DNA from: Folioceros fuciformis
Lineage: Eukaryota
Reading direction: 5' to 3'
NCBI GenBank assembly: GCA_049999805.1
Contig: JBNGIO010006255.1
Location: forward strand, 556,922 to 620,921
DNA: 64,000 nt
Shown here in pieces: positions 61,523-64,000 of the stretch (positions are counted from its first letter, which is position 1; the number at the start of each line of letters is the position of its first letter). The translations under genes and the position numbers were made by a program. The notes below the pieces were generated by a model that was not told the origin of the DNA, did no database searches, and saw only the letters and a list, made by a program, of their open reading frames with translations.

Positions 61523-64000
61523 CTAGTAATGTGAGAAACCGGACACTAGGTTCTTCAGCATCTGCTCCTTTTGCACAAACTTCCAGCTTGGGTTGTTCTG
61601 CAAGCACAGCACAGCAGCGGAGACAGGTGAGAAGCGGACTGGAGCTGAAGAGGGAGCCGAGGATGCAGTGGTTGGTAATAGGGTACCTGCAGAGTTATTA
61701 GGGCACGTTGCGTGAACGCCGTTAGCTCTGGAGACGCGTGTGGGGGCAGTTTTCCCGCTATCATGTCCAGCTGCTCCTTCTGCTCTCGCGCAGCTATCCT
61801 GCCCTTTCCGGAATAAGCTTCTACCAGCTTCTCAAGCTGAGGGGCTCGGGCGAGCACGTCCCGGACACCAGCCTGGTACATTGCAAATTGACATATTACT
61901 TCGGGTAGAGGGCGTGCACATTTCTCGCATTCACAGTGGAGTGCGTGTCATACCTGCCATGTCTCTTCATCCAGAATTCCGCCAAGAGGCATGAGCAAGT
62001 GCTTGGCCTCTTGTAATGCTTCCTCTAAGGTTGGTNNNNNNNNNNNNNNNNNNNNNNNNNNNNNNNNNNNNNNNNNNNNNNNNNNNNNNNNNNNNNNNNN
62101 NNNNNNNNNNNNNNNNNNNNNNNNNNNNNNNNNNNCTTCCTCTAAGGTTGGTTCAGATTTTTCCTCGATATCGGGGTTGGTGCCAAAATCCTCCATGGCA
62201 AGTTGAGTATCGAAGTCCCTCTGCTCACACAAAAAAACTTTCAAGGATCAGAGAGCATGATGTGCAGAGAAGAAACTGGGCAACATGGACCAAAACAGAC
62301 ACACTTACTCTGAACTTCAGATCAAGAGCTGATTTAGTAGCTTCCTCTGCATCACCTATCTCCATCTTCTTGTCTTCCTCAAACGTAAGCGCCTTGCTGA
62401 CATCCGACTGCTGGCGACCTCTGCTGCTAGGGACAGTCCGTCTCCCTGCTTGTTCTCCAACACTTCTGGCTTCGCCAGAAGCTGACGGCCCGAAAGCAGC
62501 TCGCTTCCTTTGAGCCACAAAACCAAATTCCAAGAAACTGTTCAGTCTACCCTTGCTGCTGCGCTCACCACTGCTGACCTTCGGCACTATATCCGTTCCT
62601 AAACCCTGCCTTGCTAGATTCTGTTGAAGAATGTTCATAGCACGTTCGACGGCAGCATCTGAATTCAGCGTGACTGTTTTTGGCGATTCAACGAGTACTC
62701 TCTTTCTTTCCCTGCCAGCTTCATCAAGCGCTCTGTCTTTCTCTGCTCTTTCCAACAAGATGGCACTCGCTCTTTCTGCTGCTTCCTTTGGCGAAAGTCT
62801 TTGCCTCACTGGAGGAGCCTTTGGAGTGGCCGGGGTTACAGATTGAGGAGGTCGGGTGAAAGAACTGACTCTCGGGGATCTTGAAGATGGCCATTGAGCA
62901 CGTTGGTCTACCTCCGTAGTTTTGGCCACTATTGCCCTCGCCCCCTCTGCTGACTCCGCTGCATCACCTGTCGCTATCCTGAGCTCCACTCCTTCCAACA
63001 CATTTGAAGTTGCACTTCCGCCTACTTCCTCTTGGGGGGGTTTCTGCCATATATGAGGGGCCGCTGTAGCTTTACCTCGCCCTCTGCCAAGTCCAGGCCT
63101 CACATCTAGGCCATGACCAAACAAAGACAAAGGAACAAATGAACTTTTTGTGCTCTCTCCACTATCAAGTGCCAACCTGGTTCCCCTCCCTCTGCCAATT
63201 CCAGGTTTACCATCAGAGCCCAATCCCAATGGAGGATGTGCCTGACCTCCACTGAGGCCACCAGCCACTTTCTGCTCTCGTGGTTGTTCACTGGGGATTG
63301 ACTCAGGCAATGCCTGCCCTCTTCCAATCCCCTTTGATACTGGCAGAGACTGGCCTCGTCCCGCACCTGAAATGTCGCCAAACTTCAAGTCAGGTAGAGA
63401 CTGACCCCGTCCAACACCTGATGTGTCAACGAGGCCCAACGCAGGCAGAGGCAGTGCCTGGCCTCGCCCCGCACCTGTTTTGTCACCAAGGCCCAACTCA
63501 GACAGTGGCAGAGCCTGGCTGCGACCAGCACCTGAGCTGTCACCAAGGCCCAGGTCAGGCGTAGGAAGAGCTTGGCCCCGTCCAGCAACTGATTGGTAGC
63601 CCAAGCTCAACTCTGGCAAATCTTTGCCTCTCCCAAAGCCAGGCTTGTCAACAGGGACCTGGCTGCTAAGTGCAGGGTCAGACATCTGAGGTGGCTCGGT
63701 AATATCAGCTGATTTGAAACCCAACGATGCGGAGTCAGAAGGTGGTTTTCCGCCGAATTCTGAGGTGAAACTGTCCGAAGCTGGTAATACCTTGCCTCCG
63801 CCCAACCCAGGTTTGCCCTGCTGTACTGAATCAGGAGTAGACTTGGAGCTGACAGGAGAGGAAGGACTTTCCGAAGCAGGGACATCATACGTAACTTCAG
63901 GTGATGCCGGTCTCGTGATAGCTGCTTGTGGAAGCTGAGCCTGCGGCTCAGCAGGTTTGACTGGATGCAACTGGGGCATGGGTCCAGGTGAGGCCGGTTT
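61523..64000 (-). CDS. GRGRG-repeat protein resembling Arabidopsis At1g53645; 5' end outside the window
   Basis: C-terminal exons MEDFGTNPDIEEK..TLEEALQ..EETWQ|AGVRDVLARAPQLEKLVEAYSG..RALITLQ|NNPSWKFVQKEQML match my recollection of the At1g53645 C-terminus (FDTNPDIDEK..NPGWGFDKK). The large exon carries GRG repeats. Confidence 0.8.
62036..62135. other. 100-N assembly gap, probably of zero true length
   Basis: CTTCCTCTAAGGTTGGT is present on both flanks (62019-62035 and 62136-62152); merging them restores the exon. Confidence 0.9.

Noticed and set aside
62019-62152. Apparent PTLEE duplication in the last gene
   Set aside because: It is a 17-bp contig overlap across a 100-N gap, i.e. an assembly artefact.

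Overview
Nuclear DNA of a green plant (streptophyte). The short GT-AG introns, GC-rich genes and compact gene spacing suggest a non-seed lineage such as a hornwort or other bryophyte-grade plant; this is inference only. Intact genes: two divergently oriented GRAS transcription factors resembling the RAM1/SCR-related branch (6211-8281 minus, one intron; 36161-39091 plus, intronless), an SDR reductase, a putative orphan multi-exon gene head-to-head with VPS53, an intronless coproporphyrinogen III oxidase, an OTS/ULP1-type SUMO protease, an F-box/PP2 gene and a GRGRG-repeat protein resembling At1g53645 (5' end outside the window). AT-rich islands (about 21.5-33.5 kb and 55.1-59 kb) and the left edge hold decayed elements: a fungal Tad1-like LINE, CRE-like non-LTR elements, a copia gag/protease remnant containing minisatellites, a Harbinger transposase remnant and a GDSL pseudogene. 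Two short TATGG-terminal inverted-repeat elements lie at 15.5-16.8 kb, one with a 6-bp target duplication (IS3EU-like) and one at a duplication junction. About 2.3-5.8 kb and 17.6-21.5 kb could not be assigned. All family calls come from motif recognition, not database searches.
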